A stretch of DNA of 63,272 bases, the filler included, from Nemertoderma westbladi (lineage: Eukaryota; Animalia; Xenacoelomorpha): NCBI GenBank assembly GCA_032718475.1. It is 3 parts of 3 records of this genome, joined end to end, with 100 filler letters (N's around TTAATTAATTAA, not from the genome) between each part and the next. Parts side by side here need not be neighbours in the genome. Positions count along the whole stretch, not along the records: positions 1 to 16,528 come from JAUCBJ010005002.1; 2 more parts are not named here. One strand, 5' to 3'. The notes under the pieces are model-generated. The model did not search any database. It saw only the letters and a list, made by a program, of their open reading frames with translations, and had not been told where the DNA came from. Numbering within the stretch: the first letter of the stretch is position 1; every line of letters begins with the position of its first letter. Positions 1 through 12,801 of the stretch are shown in pieces. A program made the translations under genes and the position numbers.

Positions 1-6
1 AGCATG

Positions 7-59
7 AGTACTCTGCGTTGATACCACTGCTTTAAGCAGTGGTATCAACGCAGAGTACT
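7..59. other. Library amplification adapter dimer (SMART / PacBio ultra-low-input oligo) in inverted orientation; artefact
   Basis: AGTACTCTGCGTTGATACCACTGCTT (7-32), one T, then AAGCAGTGGTATCAACGCAGAGTACT (34-59): two inverted copies of the known SMART primer. Confidence 0.97.
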
Positions 60-365
60 TGGACTCGAATCTTTAAATACTTTTATAAATTATATAGTTG
101 AAGTTAATTTTTATAATAACTGCAAGAATTAACTAATTTAATTAAAAACACAATAGTTACTACTACGTACTGTAAATGTCTCACTATTTTATTGATGGAA
201 TTTCACTCCCTTAAAGCAGCAGCAGCATGTCATTAACCCGCGAGTAATACTCGAAAATTGCAGCATGGATGGGTCTTATCCCGAGAGTATTTTTTCATTC
301 GCAATAATATTTTTTCGCCACCTAATCTGATTAATCGATACCTGAAACGTCACATTATTCCTCCC

Positions 366-3300
366 TTTATTTACTTACCTTACTTTATTTACTTACCTTA
401 CTTTATTTACTTACCTTACTTTATTTACTTACCTTACTTTATTTACTTACCTTACTTTATTTACTTTATTTATTTATCTTACTTTATTTACTAACCTTAC
501 TTTATTTACTTACCTTACTTTATTTACTTACCTTACTTTATTTACTTACCTTACTTTATTTACTTACCTTTCTTTATTTACTTACCTTACATTATTTACT
601 TGCCTTTCTTTATTTACTTACCTTACTTTATTTACTTGTCTTACTTTATTTACTTACCTTACTTTCTTTACTTACCTTACTTTATTTACTTACTTTACCT
701 TATTTACTTACCTTATTTTATTTACTTACCTTACTTTATTTACTTACTTTACCTTATTTACTTACTTTACTTTATTTACTTACCTTACTTTATTTACTTA
801 CCTTACTTTATTTACTTACCTTACTTTATTTACTTACCTTACTTTATTTACTTACCTTACTTTATTTACTTACCTTACTTTATTTACTTACCTTACTTTA
901 TTTACTTACCTTACTTTATTTACTTACCTTACTTTATTTACTTACCTTACTTTATTTACTTACCTTACTTTATTTACTTACCTTACTTTATTTACTTACC
1001 TTACTTTATTTACTTACCTTACTTTATTTACTTACTTTACCTTATTTACTTACCTTACTTTATTTACATACCTTACTTTATTTACTTACCTTACTTTATT
1101 TACTTACCTTACTTTATTTACTTACCTTACTTTATTTACTTACCTTACTCTATTTACTTACCTTACTTTATTGACCTACCTTACTATATTAACTTACTTT
1201 ACCTTATTTACCTACCTTACTTTATTTACTTACTAGTACTACTACTACTACTACTACTAGGATCGGCATGCTGCATTGCAGCTGCATTTTTAAGAATGCT
1301 GTGCCGGCTTGTCAACAAAATTGCACCGCCACAACTCCCTATCACCCATGACATTTGCTAGATCATCCGCATCTTTAAGGCCAGTGTCCTTTAAGATGCG
1401 TCTCAAGAAAGTCATGGGCTGTCCACCATGCTTATTCACTCCATGAGGCTGCCAAAGTACAAGATTATGCACTGGCTGGTCCTCACGGCGAAAGCAATGT
1501 CCTGCAAAGCGGAGGCGATTTTGTTCTAGTGTCAAGCTTGGGGGAACCAATGAGACACCTCCAATGTTATATAGTGTCTGGTTGGAGATGTGTGCATTGT
1601 ACTTGACACAATGAACCCGGCGTAGCATTCTTGTGAATGTGCCATCCAGAGATTTGGTGTCCTCAGCAGTTAGAGCCCAGCATGGACTCCCGTAGAGGAG
1701 TACTGGAACTACTGCTGCTCTAAATAATCGGACCTTAAGTTTCCGATTAATTCTAGGTGACTTCCAAATCCTGGAAAGCCTATTCAAGGCTGCCCATGCC
1801 TTTCCCTATGCCTTTCCATTTACTTACCTTACATTATTTACTTACCTTACTTTATTTACTTACCTTACTTTATTTACTTACTTACCTTACTTTATTTACT
1901 TACCTTACTTTTATTGACCTACCTTACTTTATTAACTTACTTTACTTTATTTACTTACCTTACTTTATTGACCTACCTTACTTTATTAACTTACTTTACC
2001 TTATTTACTTACCTTACTTTATTTACTTACTTTACCTTATTTACTTACCTTACTTTATTTACTTACCTTACTTTATTTACTTACCTTACTTTATTTACTT
2101 AACTTACTTTATTTACTTACCTTACTTTATTTACTTACCTTACTTTATTTACTTACCTTACTTTATTTACTTACCTTACTTTATTTACTTACCTTACTTT
2201 ATTTACTTACCTTACTTTATTTACTTACCTTACTTTATTTACTTACCTTACTTTATTTACTTACCTTACTTTATTTACTTACCTTACTCTATTTACTTAC
2301 CTTACTTTATTGACCTACCTTACTATATTAACTTACTTTACCTTATTTACCTACCTTACTTTATTTACTTACCTTACATTATTTACTTACCTTACTTTAT
2401 TTACTTACCTTACTTTATTTACTTACCTTACTTTATTTACTTACCTTACTTTATTTATTTACTTACCTTACTTTATTTACTTACCTTACTTTTATTGACC
2501 TACCTTACTTTATTAACTTACTTAACTTTATTTACTTACCTTACTTTATTGACCTACCTTACTTTATTAACTTACTTTACCTTATTTACTTACCTTACTT
2601 TATTTACTTACTTTACCTTATTTACTTACCTTACTTTATTTACTTACCTTACTTTATTTACTTACCTTACTTTATTTACTTAACTTACTTTATTTACTTA
2701 CCTTACCTTATTTACTTACCTTACTTTATTTACTTACTTTACCTTATTTACTTACCTTACTTTATTTACTTACCTTACTTTATTTACTTACCTTACTTTA
2801 TTTACTTACCTTACTTTATTTACTTACCTTACTTTATTTTCTTACCTTACTTTATTGACCTACCTTACTTTTAACTTACCTTACTTTATTTACTTACCTT
2901 ACTTTATTTACTTACCTTACTTTATTTACTTACCTTACCTTATTTACTTACCTTACTTTATTTACTTACCTTACTTTATTTACTTACCTTACTTTATTTA
3001 CTTACCTTACTTTATTTACTTACCTTACTTTATTTACTTAACTTACTTTATTTACTTACCTTACTTTATTTTCTTACCTTACTTTATTGACCTACCTTAC
3101 TTTATTAACTTACCTTACTTTATTTACTTACCTTACTTTATTTACTTACCTTACTTTATTTACTTACTTTACCTTATTTACTTACCTTACTTTATTTACT
3201 TACCTTACTTTATTTACTTACCTTACTTTATTTACATACCTTACTTTATTTACTTACCTTACTTTATTTACTTACCTTACTTTATTTACTTACCTTACTT

Positions 3301-5871
3301 TATTTACTTACCTTACCTTATTTACTTACCTTACTTTATTTACTTACCTTACTTTATTTACCGGTACTTAACTCACTTTATTTACTTACTTTACCTTATT
3401 TACTTACCTTACTTTATTTACTTACCTTACTTTATTTACCGGTACTTAACTTACTTTATTTACTTACCTTACTTTATTTACTTACCTTACTTTATTTACT
3501 TACCTTACTTTATTTACTTACCTTACTTTTATTGACCTACCTTACTTTATTTACTTACCTTACTTTATTTACTTACCTTACTTTATTTACTTACCTTACT
3601 TTATTTACTTACCTTACTTTATTTACTTACCTTACTTTATTTACTTACTTTACCTTATTTACTTACCTTACTTTATTTACTTACCTTACTTTATTTACTT
3701 ACCTTACTTTATTTACTTAACTTACTTTATTTACTTACCTTACTTTATTTTCTTACCTTACTTTATTAACTTACCTTACTTTATTTACTTACCTTACTTT
3801 ATTTACTTACCTTACTTTATTTACTTACCTTACTTTATTTACTTACCTTACTTTATTTACTTACCTTACTCTATTTACTTACCTTACTTTATTGACCTAC
3901 CTTACTATATTAACTTACTTTACCTTATTAACTTACTTTACCTTATTTACTTACCTTATTTTATTTACTTACCTTACTTTATTTACTTACTTTACCTTAT
4001 TTACTTACTTTACTTTATTTACTTACCTTACTTTATTTACTTACCTTACTTTATTTACTTACCTTACTTTATTTACTTACCTTACTTTATTTACTTACCT
4101 TACTTTATTTACTTACCTTACTTTATTTACTTACCTTACTTTATTTACTTACCTTACTTTATTTACTTACCTTACTTTATTTACTTACCTTACTTTATTT
4201 ACTTACCTTACTTTATTTACTTACCTTACTTTATTTACTTACCTTACTTTATTTACTTACTTTACCTTATTTACTTACCTTACTTTATTTACATACCTTA
4301 CTTTATTTACTTACCTTACTTTATTTACTTACCTTACTTTATTTACTTACCTTACTTTATTTACTTACCTTACTCTATTTACTTACCTTACTTTATTGAC
4401 CTACCTTACTATATTAACTTACTTTACCTTATTTACCTACCTTACTTTATTTACTTACCTTACTTTATTTACTTACCTTACTTTATTTACTTACCTTACT
4501 TTATTTACTTACCTTACTTTATTTATTTACTTACCTTACTTTATTTACTTACCTTACTTTTATTGACCTACCTTACTTTATTAACTTACTTTACTTTATT
4601 TACTTACCTTACTTTATTGACCTACCTTGCTTTATTAACTTACTTTACCTTATTTACTTACCTTACTTTATTTACTTACTTTACCTTATTTACTTACCTT
4701 ACTTTATTTACTTACCTTACTTTATTTACTTACCTTACTTTATTTACTTAACTTACTTTATTAACTTACTTTACCTTATTTACTTACCTTACTTTATTTA
4801 CTTACTTTACCTTATTTACTTACCTTACTTTATTTACTTACCTTACTTTATTTACTTACCTTACTTTATTTACTTAACTTACTTTATTTACTTACCTTAC
4901 TTTATTTTCTTACCTTACTTTATTGACCTACCTTACTTTTAACTTACCTTACTTTATTTACTTACCTTACTTTATTTACTTACCTTACTTTATTTACTTA
5001 CTTTACCTTATTTACTTACCTTACTTTATTTACTTTATTTACTTTATTATTTACTTTATTTATTTACTTTATTTACTTTATATACTTAACTTACTTTATT
5101 TACTTACCTTACTTTATTTACTTACCTTACTTTATTGACCTACCTTACTTTATTTACTTAACTTACTTTATTTACTTACCTTACTTTATTTTCTTACCTT
5201 ACTTTATTTACTTACTTTACCTTATTTACTTACCTTACTTTATTTACTTACCTTACTTTATTTACTTAGCTTACTTTATTTACATACCTTACTTTATTTA
5301 CTTACCTTACTTTATTTACTTACCTTACTTTATTTACTTACCTTACTTTATTTACATACCTTACTTTATTTACTTACTTTACCTTATTTACTTACCTTAC
5401 TTTATTTACATACCTTACTTTATTTACTTACCTTACTTTTATTGACCTACCTTACTTTATTAACTTACTTTACTTTATTTACTTACCTTACTTTATTGAC
5501 CTACCTTACTTTATTAACTTACTTTACCTTATTTACTTACCTTACTTTATTTACTTACTTTACCTTATTTACTTACCTTACTTTATTTACTTACCTTACT
5601 TTATTTACTTACCTTACTTTATTTACTTAACTTACTTTATTTACTTACCTTACTTTATTTTCTTACCTTACTTTATTGACCTACCTTACTTTATTAACTT
5701 ACCTTACTTTATTTACTTACCTTACTTTATTTACTTACCTTACTTTATTTACTTACTTTACCTTATTTACTTACCTTACTTTATTTACTTACCTTACTTT
5801 ATTTACTTACCTTACTTTATTTACTTACCTTACTTTATTTACTTACCTTACTTTATTTACTTACTTACTTT
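366..5871. repeat. About 5.5 kb satellite of an 18-bp unit (CCTTACTTTATTTACTTA), interrupted by a LINE fragment
   Basis: Hundreds of tandem copies, almost no G on the + strand, recurrent variants (TTGACCTACC, TTAACTTAC). Confidence 0.97.
1231..1817 (-). mobile_element. 5'-truncated RTE-clade LINE, copy 1, inserted in the satellite
   Basis: ORF 1290-1787 has post-RT RTE motifs (KVRLFRAAVVPVLLYGS..W, RMLRR, RLRFAGHCFRR); (TAG)n 3' tail at 1231-1260. Confidence 0.88.
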
Positions 5872-7025
5872 ACGCAACATAACTTTCTGAACCCTGTACT
5901 TGGCGCTATTTTTTGAGACGTCTTTTAAGTAAATCTAATGTTAATTCTACCATCTCTATTTTTGAGTTACATCGGTTTTTGTGATCACATTTCCATGGAA
6001 TTTATATAAAATGTGCTAAAAATTACAAATTGCTATTTTGCGGCATTATTCACCGAGATGGGCTTTGCGTGAATAGTACCGCCCCCCCCGGTCTGTAAGC
6101 CTATTATAGACCTAAATTGGTGGGTTTTAATATGAAAGTAATCCTTATCAGTTATAGGGAGTATTACAAGCGAACTTTGTTCCGATTTAGTCCGCGAGAT
6201 GTATAATCTAAAACCCACCGTCATCACTCGACAATGATTAAATCTATTTTGTATTCAGTTTAAATGATTTTTATTGGTATCATGATCCGGCCGGGCCTTT
6301 CGTTCCATTACGTTTCCGAATTTTGACAATATGTAATTAATTATATTAGTGTTGTTACTTTACATTATTGATACACCTTGCACGACTGCTTTTTACGACT
6401 GATTCGCTATTATTTATTATTTTATCTAAAATAGGGTTTAAAAAATTCATAGACTTTAATTATTTCACATGAAGTATTTAAATGAATTTAAAATTTTTTA
6501 AATTACATGAATTTTATTCCAATCAGAGTATCCAGCAAGCGACTCCTCTCTTTCGTCTCTTAGTCCGTTACTGTTTTATTAATTTTAGACTGTTTTATAT
6601 ATTTTATTTTAGAGTTAGACTGTTTTACTAGACTGTATTCTGCTTCTGCTTCCTCCAAAGCGACCCACCTCGATGTAAGCTTGGTAGTCATCAATAATAA
6701 GTTGTTATATTATAATTATATTGAATCATAACAATAAGTCACACCCCAATCTTTATCTGACTAAAACTAAACAGTCTAGTCTTCAAACCCCCCCGAACTC
6801 CAGTTCCTCATCGGTGTCACATAAAGCCTACTTACTGACTTAGTTATTGGCTCTAACTGACTAAATGATTCCTGAATGCATCGATTCTTCTGTAAAAGGT
6901 TCGAAATAGGTTAAATCGTGAGGCAATTCAGTTTTACAGTATTTTACAGCCACGCCCACGCATTAACAATTGCGTTCTCTTTCATAAACTTCCCGCTTCA
7001 TAAAATAGGCCTCGGGTACCCTTCA

Positions 7026-7058
<33 letters not shown>

Positions 7059-7282
7059 CAACTCCGGCATTGTTTAAATTAAAAAATACAAAAATTTAAA
7101 AAATTCATTATATTTCACAAAAAAAATCAAACAATTCAAATGGTAATTTTCTGTATCAAGTATTTTTTAAACCCTAAACTTATTGACACGCTACACGTAG
7201 GTGTTTTTATCCCCTTATGCCGTGCCATTAGTGATTATTTCACATCTGAAGACCATTTATTTATTTGAAACCGAAGTGGCAC

Positions 7283-7957
7283 ATGTTTGTAATGGGTCGG
7301 TGTCGTCCGTCTGTTGTTATAAGAAGAATCGCGAAAAAAGATTTACCCAAAGTTAAACGTCTCATTTACATTACATTGATGGAGTCAGTCTGCCCATTCT
7401 ATAAAGATATTATTTTCCGCTGGACATTTCAAATTCCCGCCACTGTTATTTTTCTAGTTACTTTCAGTTTTACCTCTACATTCTTTGCTTCTCTCGCATT
7501 AGCTATTTTAAACTTTCTAATATACCAATGGGCTAAACGAGCCGCCTCTATATTCATTTCTCATGAACTAATTTTGAAACAAATGCCGAATTGGAGTGTT
7601 TTAGTGGAGATTTTCTTAAACGATTCGGGGAATTTTTGGGTGGGAGAAGTTGACGGTGTTATAGTGAGTTGTGTTGCTATGACTGTATCTGATGACGGCG
7701 TTGCTAACGTAGATTACTTGATTACAGACTCTCGCGTCCGTCGCTATGGAATCGGCAGAAAACTTCTGGATCATTTCGCATCCGAGGCGAAACTTGATTG
7801 TTGCTATCGGATGACGGCCACTATTACAGACTACCAGCCCGGCGCTATTTCGTTATTTGACAAGGCGGGATGGCATGAAAGTGATAGTTTCACAAAGACA
7901 TTCAATTACTTCCCATTTAGATTATACTGTAAAACATACCAATATTTTATATTTTGA
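7283..7957 (+). CDS. NAT8/Camello-like membrane-anchored GNAT N-acetyltransferase, single coding exon
   Basis: N-terminal VIRR..D...V..L, internal hydrophobic stretch, NFWVGEVDGVIV strand, acetyl-CoA motif RVRRYGIGRKLL, Q..AISLFDKAGW; ATG at 7283 or 7292. Confidence 0.82.
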   Translation: MFVMGRCRPSVVIRRIAKKDLPKVKRLIYITLMESVCPFYKDIIFRWTFQIPATVIFLVTFSFTSTFFASLALAILNFLIYQWAKRAASIFISHELILKQMPNWSVLVEIFLNDSGNFWVGEVDGVIVSCVAMTVSDDGVANVDYLITDSRVRRYGIGRKLLDHFASEAKLDCCYRMTATITDYQPGAISLFDKAGWHESDSFTKTFNYFPFRLYCKTYQYFIF

Positions 7958-8054
7958 AAGTATGTGTGGGGGGCGGGGCCGGGGGTGGTTATAGTTGTAA
8001 AAATTAGGCCTAGGCCTACAATAATAATTAACCAGCAAAAACTACAAATATTGC

Positions 8055-8611
8055 TACCAGTACTAGTATCGGCATGCTGCATGGCAGCTGCATTATTAAG
8101 AATGCTGTGCCGGCTTGTCGACAAAATTGCGCCGCCACAACTCCCTATCACCCATGACATTTGCTAGATCATCCGCATCTTCAAGGTCAGTGTCCTTTAA
8201 GATGCGTCTCAAGAAAGTCATGGGCTGTCCACCATGCTTATTCACTCCATGAGGCTGCCAAAGTACAAGATTATGCACTGGCTGGTCCTCACGGCGAAAG
8301 CAATGTCCTGCAAAGCGGAGGCGACTTTGTTCTAGTGTCAAGCTTGGGGGAACCAATGAAACACCTCCAATGTTATATAGTGTCTGGTTGGAGATGTGTG
8401 CATTGTACTTGACACAATGAACCCGGCGTAACATTCTTGTGAATGTGCCATCCAGAGATTTGGTGTCCTCAGCAGTTAGAGCCCAGCATGGACTCCCATA
8501 GAGGAGTACTGGAACTACTGCTGCTCTAAATAATCGGACCTTAAGTTTCCGATTAATTCTCGGTGACTTCCAAATCCTGGAAAGCCTATTCAAGGGTGCC
8601 CATGCCTTTCC
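8055..8611 (-). mobile_element. 5'-truncated RTE-clade LINE, copy 2
   Basis: Near-identical to 1260-1805; 14-bp TSD ACTACAAATATTGC at 8041-8054 and 8612-8625. Confidence 0.9.
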
Positions 8612-9439
8612 ACTACAAATATTGCAATAACGTTGGCGTTGGTTATACTGTTTTTCAAATAATAGAACATGGAACTCTTGATTGTCCATTGAACTGATAA
8701 TTAGAATTGTGTACCGGAAAGAATATTTGGGGCGAGCCACGAAGTTGGCAGAGCCTTAGCGAACTGATACTGTGAGGGAGGTGAGTCAATAATTAGCAAA
8801 TAGTTTTTGTCGTTTTCGTCGTCGTTGTTACGACTTTGTCGGATTTAAATCTGTCGATATACACATTTCCGGGTATAATCCGGGCTCATCTAATAAGTGT
8901 TGCGGGAAGTGTCAACTTAAGCAAGGGATTAGTCAGTTCGGGAGTTAGTGGATACGTTGTCTTTATACGCAGTTTCAGTTAGTACCAATAAAACAGGAGT
9001 TAATAATGCTTAGAACAATAATATGTATTATAGTCTTAATTGCAATATTTATAAATGAACTGGCAGACTGGTAAGAAATAGTAGCCACTTTGAGGAGTGG
9101 TACTTGCCGGGGAACTAATTAATATACCGTTAGTCATAAAAATCATCTACAACAATTATGTTATATAAACTCAGCCTTAAATACTGGTAAACCAATGATG
9201 AATCCAATTAAAGCATTTAACCAATCACAGGGCGAGGAATCGCACTGTGCAAATACAACCAACAACAGTAAGCTGACATTGTAGTTAACTGTTCATTATG
9301 AAGCCTAACACAGATAAAACGGTAGCCATGGTTACCATTTACCGTTCAGTGTAAAGTAAAGGGCCATTAAGGTGGTTCTTAAATTCAATGCGCCGCATTT
9401 TTCCCTATTATTCAAATTGATAATTCAAAAACCGGATTC

Positions 9440-10170
9440 GTGTACAGTCGACTTGAAAATTTGAAGGAATCAATTAGACCAAAAGTTTAGAATTTTTGGA
9501 GACTTTCACACACTGCAGTTAAACAGTATCCCGCTAGAGGGCTACATGTTAAAACATTAAATGTCCCCCCATTTCTTTTATTTTAATCCGTTCAAGCTGA
9601 AAGTTAGCAGATTTGTAATACATTACTAGCTAGCTGTGTCATTCATAGGAGGCCAATCCGTCTACAGTTCTCTAGTCTGCCGTTAGGGTGCGAAATATCT
9701 GAAAGTGAAATTTTTGACCAATTCGGTTATTTATGATCCGTTCAAGCTGAAACTTGTCAGAACAGAACACATTCTGTGTCTTTATCGGGTCAGTAATCGG
9801 TCTGCAGTTAGACAGTCTTCCCCATTTCCATGATCTTAATTCGTTCAAACTGAATCTTGGAGTATATGTACCAGACCACATGCTGCTCCTTTTTGAAAGA
9901 GTTGATTCATCTGCAGTTCTCGTTTCTGTCGCTAGAGGGCGAAATGTCTGAAAGTGAAAACAATCAAAATCCACCATTTCCTTGATTTTACTCCTTTTAA
10001 GCTGAAACTTGGCAGGTTTGGCCTACATGCTACTGTAGATAGTAGACAACCGTAGGCTGAAAGGACAACTTCAGGTTTCTCCTTCCATCGCTTGCGTCTT
10101 TGTTGGAACACTAATCCATCGGCGGTTCTCCAGTCTACCGCTAGTGAGCTGAAATGAAAACATTTTAGAA
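9440..10170. repeat. Interspersed repeat with internal subrepeats (TCCGTTCAAGCTGAAACTTG-like)
   Basis: Motif recurs about 5 times; reverse-complement copy of 9552-9620 is at about 30200-30265. Confidence 0.55.
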
Positions 10171-11649
10171 ATGTATTAAATGAAAACCCTCAGCCATTTT
10201 TTTATTATTGTTAATAATCCTTTCTTTCTGATTGTTACCTGGCACATATATTCTAGACCTCAGACTGCGTTTTTGTGAGGTCTTAAATCGACTGCAGTTG
10301 TAACCCAGTATGCCTCTAGGCTGTAAAGTGATTAGGGGATATCTGCTTAGATTTTGCTTAGCTTTCGAGTTGGTATTTAACAAAAGTTTTAGTCACGTGC
10401 TGCGCGAATGCCCCATTTCGTGTATTTAATAGGCCGAAGGCCAATGTGATTATATAAGTTACTTTATGGTGAAGGATGCAATATGCCATTGCATAATAAC
10501 ATATTGCATGGTATATCATATACGTACATACTGCTGTATCAGTGGAGTACCCCGTTGTGTACCATTCGGGTTTAACATGATAACATGGAGGTTTTCCTCC
10601 TATCTTATCTTCTGCCAGCAGAGGCTGGGAATACAAAGGCGTAATCAATAATAATGATTAAGCGCGTTTATTTCCTAAGCTCGCTCGACGTACAACATAC
10701 GACAGACTATTTCATATGTAGTTCATATTGTTAGTGCATTGCATTATTCATAACACCACTCCAGTTTCTGTTGTGTAGCCAACACAAACACAGTAGATAC
10801 TGTAGAATATATGTTAATTCAGAACAGGAAACTACTTATTACAAGTAAAATAAATTAGCGTTTTTTTCCCTTTGACACTGATGATAAACTGAAGTGTCGT
10901 GCAAGTGAGTGACACCAATCGATGTTAATAATACATAGGGGTCGTAATGTTAAAACTCTATTTGATTATAGAGTTTTATCAAAAGTGGAAGAAAAAGGAG
11001 TAGGCCGACTTTTTAGAATAATTATTTATTACATGGGAAAAAAGTAGACCTTTTTTTCACTATTCTCGAGGCATTTTATTTACCGAGCGTCAGAGAGATT
11101 AACAAGGGTCGAGAGAATATTGCGGTCGAAACAATTTACGTGCAAACCTTTTCTACGTCAATGCTCTTTGAACACATTTAGTCAAATTTAAGAAATTCCA
11201 CCAAAAATATTTTGTTTTACTTTTTTCGCCGGAACGATTTTATTTGGAACTTTTTTCTCCCGATTTTGGTTTAATTTTGAACGAAAAAGTAACAATTTAA
11301 GAATAATAAATTTGATTTCTTAGATAATATTTTTGATAGAATGTTTTAAGTTTTATTACATGTGTTAAAAAAGCATCGAAGCAGAAAAGGTTTGTACGTA
11401 ATTTGAGTAAAATCCATGCGCACACTTAATAGTTATTGTAACTTTAGTGTCTGCAAGGCGAACTCTAAAATGGAACTCAATATCCAATATTGGTTTATGT
11501 TGCTAAGCGGCTCTCTAGTTACGTAATAAATATTCGAGAACACTAAATTATTTAACATTGAGTAAGGCAGCATCAGGAGTTGTAGAGTACAGTAATTTGT
11601 ATCGCAGTAACTATGGAAGTAATATAGTAAAATACTTACTGCACTTCAA

Positions 11650-12410
11650 TTTATTTTGTAACACTATATCTCTCTATCTGTTATGAAGGAATTGAGCAGC
11701 AAAAAAGTTCAAATTTAAGAATATAATTATGTATTACATGGGAAAAAAACGTAGACATTTTTTCAATATTCTCTCAACCCTTTACGAACCCCTGTGGTGG
11801 TGCTCGGTAAATAAAATGCCTCGAGAATAATAAATAATGTTCGACTTTCCCATGTAATACTGCAATACTGTACATAATTATGTATAAAAACATACTGTAA
11901 TTACAGCAGCTTGGTCTAGTGGTGACATTACTGGGCTTCTAATTAGGAAGCCCTGGTTCGATCCCTAGATGGGGCAGCACTGTTTCGCGCAGTACTTTTA
12001 ATGCAGCAGCCTAGCCCAACCCTGGCTTTCATCCTTCAGTGGTCAATAAAAGGGAACCAAAGCAACTTGGGAAACAGAGTGGAAGGGTTTAATATGAAAG
12101 ATCACCCATGGTGGTGAACAGACATACCTTGGCTTACATAATGAGCCTAAAAGAATCTCCCATTCAATACATAATTTATTATTTAGTAGTACATACGAAA
12201 AAGGTATAATTTTTTTCACTATTCGCGAGGCATTTTATTTGCGAGGTTAAAGAGTCGAGAGAATTATTGAAAATAAATGTTCTGCGTTTTTTTTTCTCCA
12301 TGTAATACGTAATTTTATTCCTAACTTGGTTCTTTTTAGTTTCTTAATTCTTTAATAAAAGATAGAGCGATATACTGTAGTGTATAGTGCTACACAAGAT
12401 ATTGAACTGT
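11650..12410. repeat. Degenerate inverted-repeat pair flanking a SINE; a third copy lies near 11020-11120
   Basis: TAAATAAAATGCCTCGAGAATA (about 11810) versus TATTCGCGAGGCATTTTATTT (about 12220); ATTACATGG versus CCATGTAAT. Confidence 0.55.
11905..12185 (+). mobile_element. tRNA-derived SINE with a Nin/Deu-like central domain
   Basis: A box TGGTCTAGTGG (11912-11922), B box GGTTCGATCCC (11955-11965), Arg-TCT-like loop CTTCTAA, then CTTTCATCCTTCAGTGGTCAATAAA; no intact acceptor stem. Confidence 0.7.
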
Positions 12411-12413
12411 ATA

Positions 12414-12801
12414 CTACTACTAGGATCGGCATGCTGCATTGCAGCTGCATTTTTAAGAATGCTGTGCCGGCTTGTCAACAAAATTGCACCGCCACAACTC
12501 CCTATCACCCATGATATTTGCTAGATCATCAAGGCCAGTGTCCTTTAAGATGCGTCTCAAGAAAGTCATGGGCTGTCCACCATGCTTATTCACTCCATGA
12601 GGCTGCCAAAGTACAAGATTATGCACTGGCTGGTCCTCACGGCGAAAGCAATGTCCTGCAAAGCGGAGGCGATTTTGTTCTAGTGCCAAGCTTGGGGGAA
12701 CGAATGAGACACCTCCAATGTTATATAGTGTCTCGTTGGAGATGTGTGCATTGTACTTGACACAATGAACCCGGCGTAGCATTCTTGTGAATGTGAATGT
12801 T
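12414..12801 (-). mobile_element. 5'-truncated RTE-clade LINE, copy 3 (shorter, with a small in-frame deletion)
   Basis: Matches copies 1 and 2; flanked by a degenerate 31-bp direct repeat (12383-12413 and 12802-12832, 3 mismatches). Confidence 0.88.

Noticed and set aside
366-5871. Canonical telomere repeat
   Set aside because: Unit is not TTAGGG or TTAGG, and about 300 bp of unique sequence precedes it
258-5882. Many ORFs of YLPYFI / TYLTLF repeats
   Set aside because: Translations of the 18-bp satellite; no coding features
8096-8740. 214-aa ORF as a gene
   Set aside because: LINE fragment read through its TSD into unrelated flank
11905-11975. tRNA-Arg gene
   Set aside because: A and B boxes are present but stems do not close, and SINE-like body sequence follows
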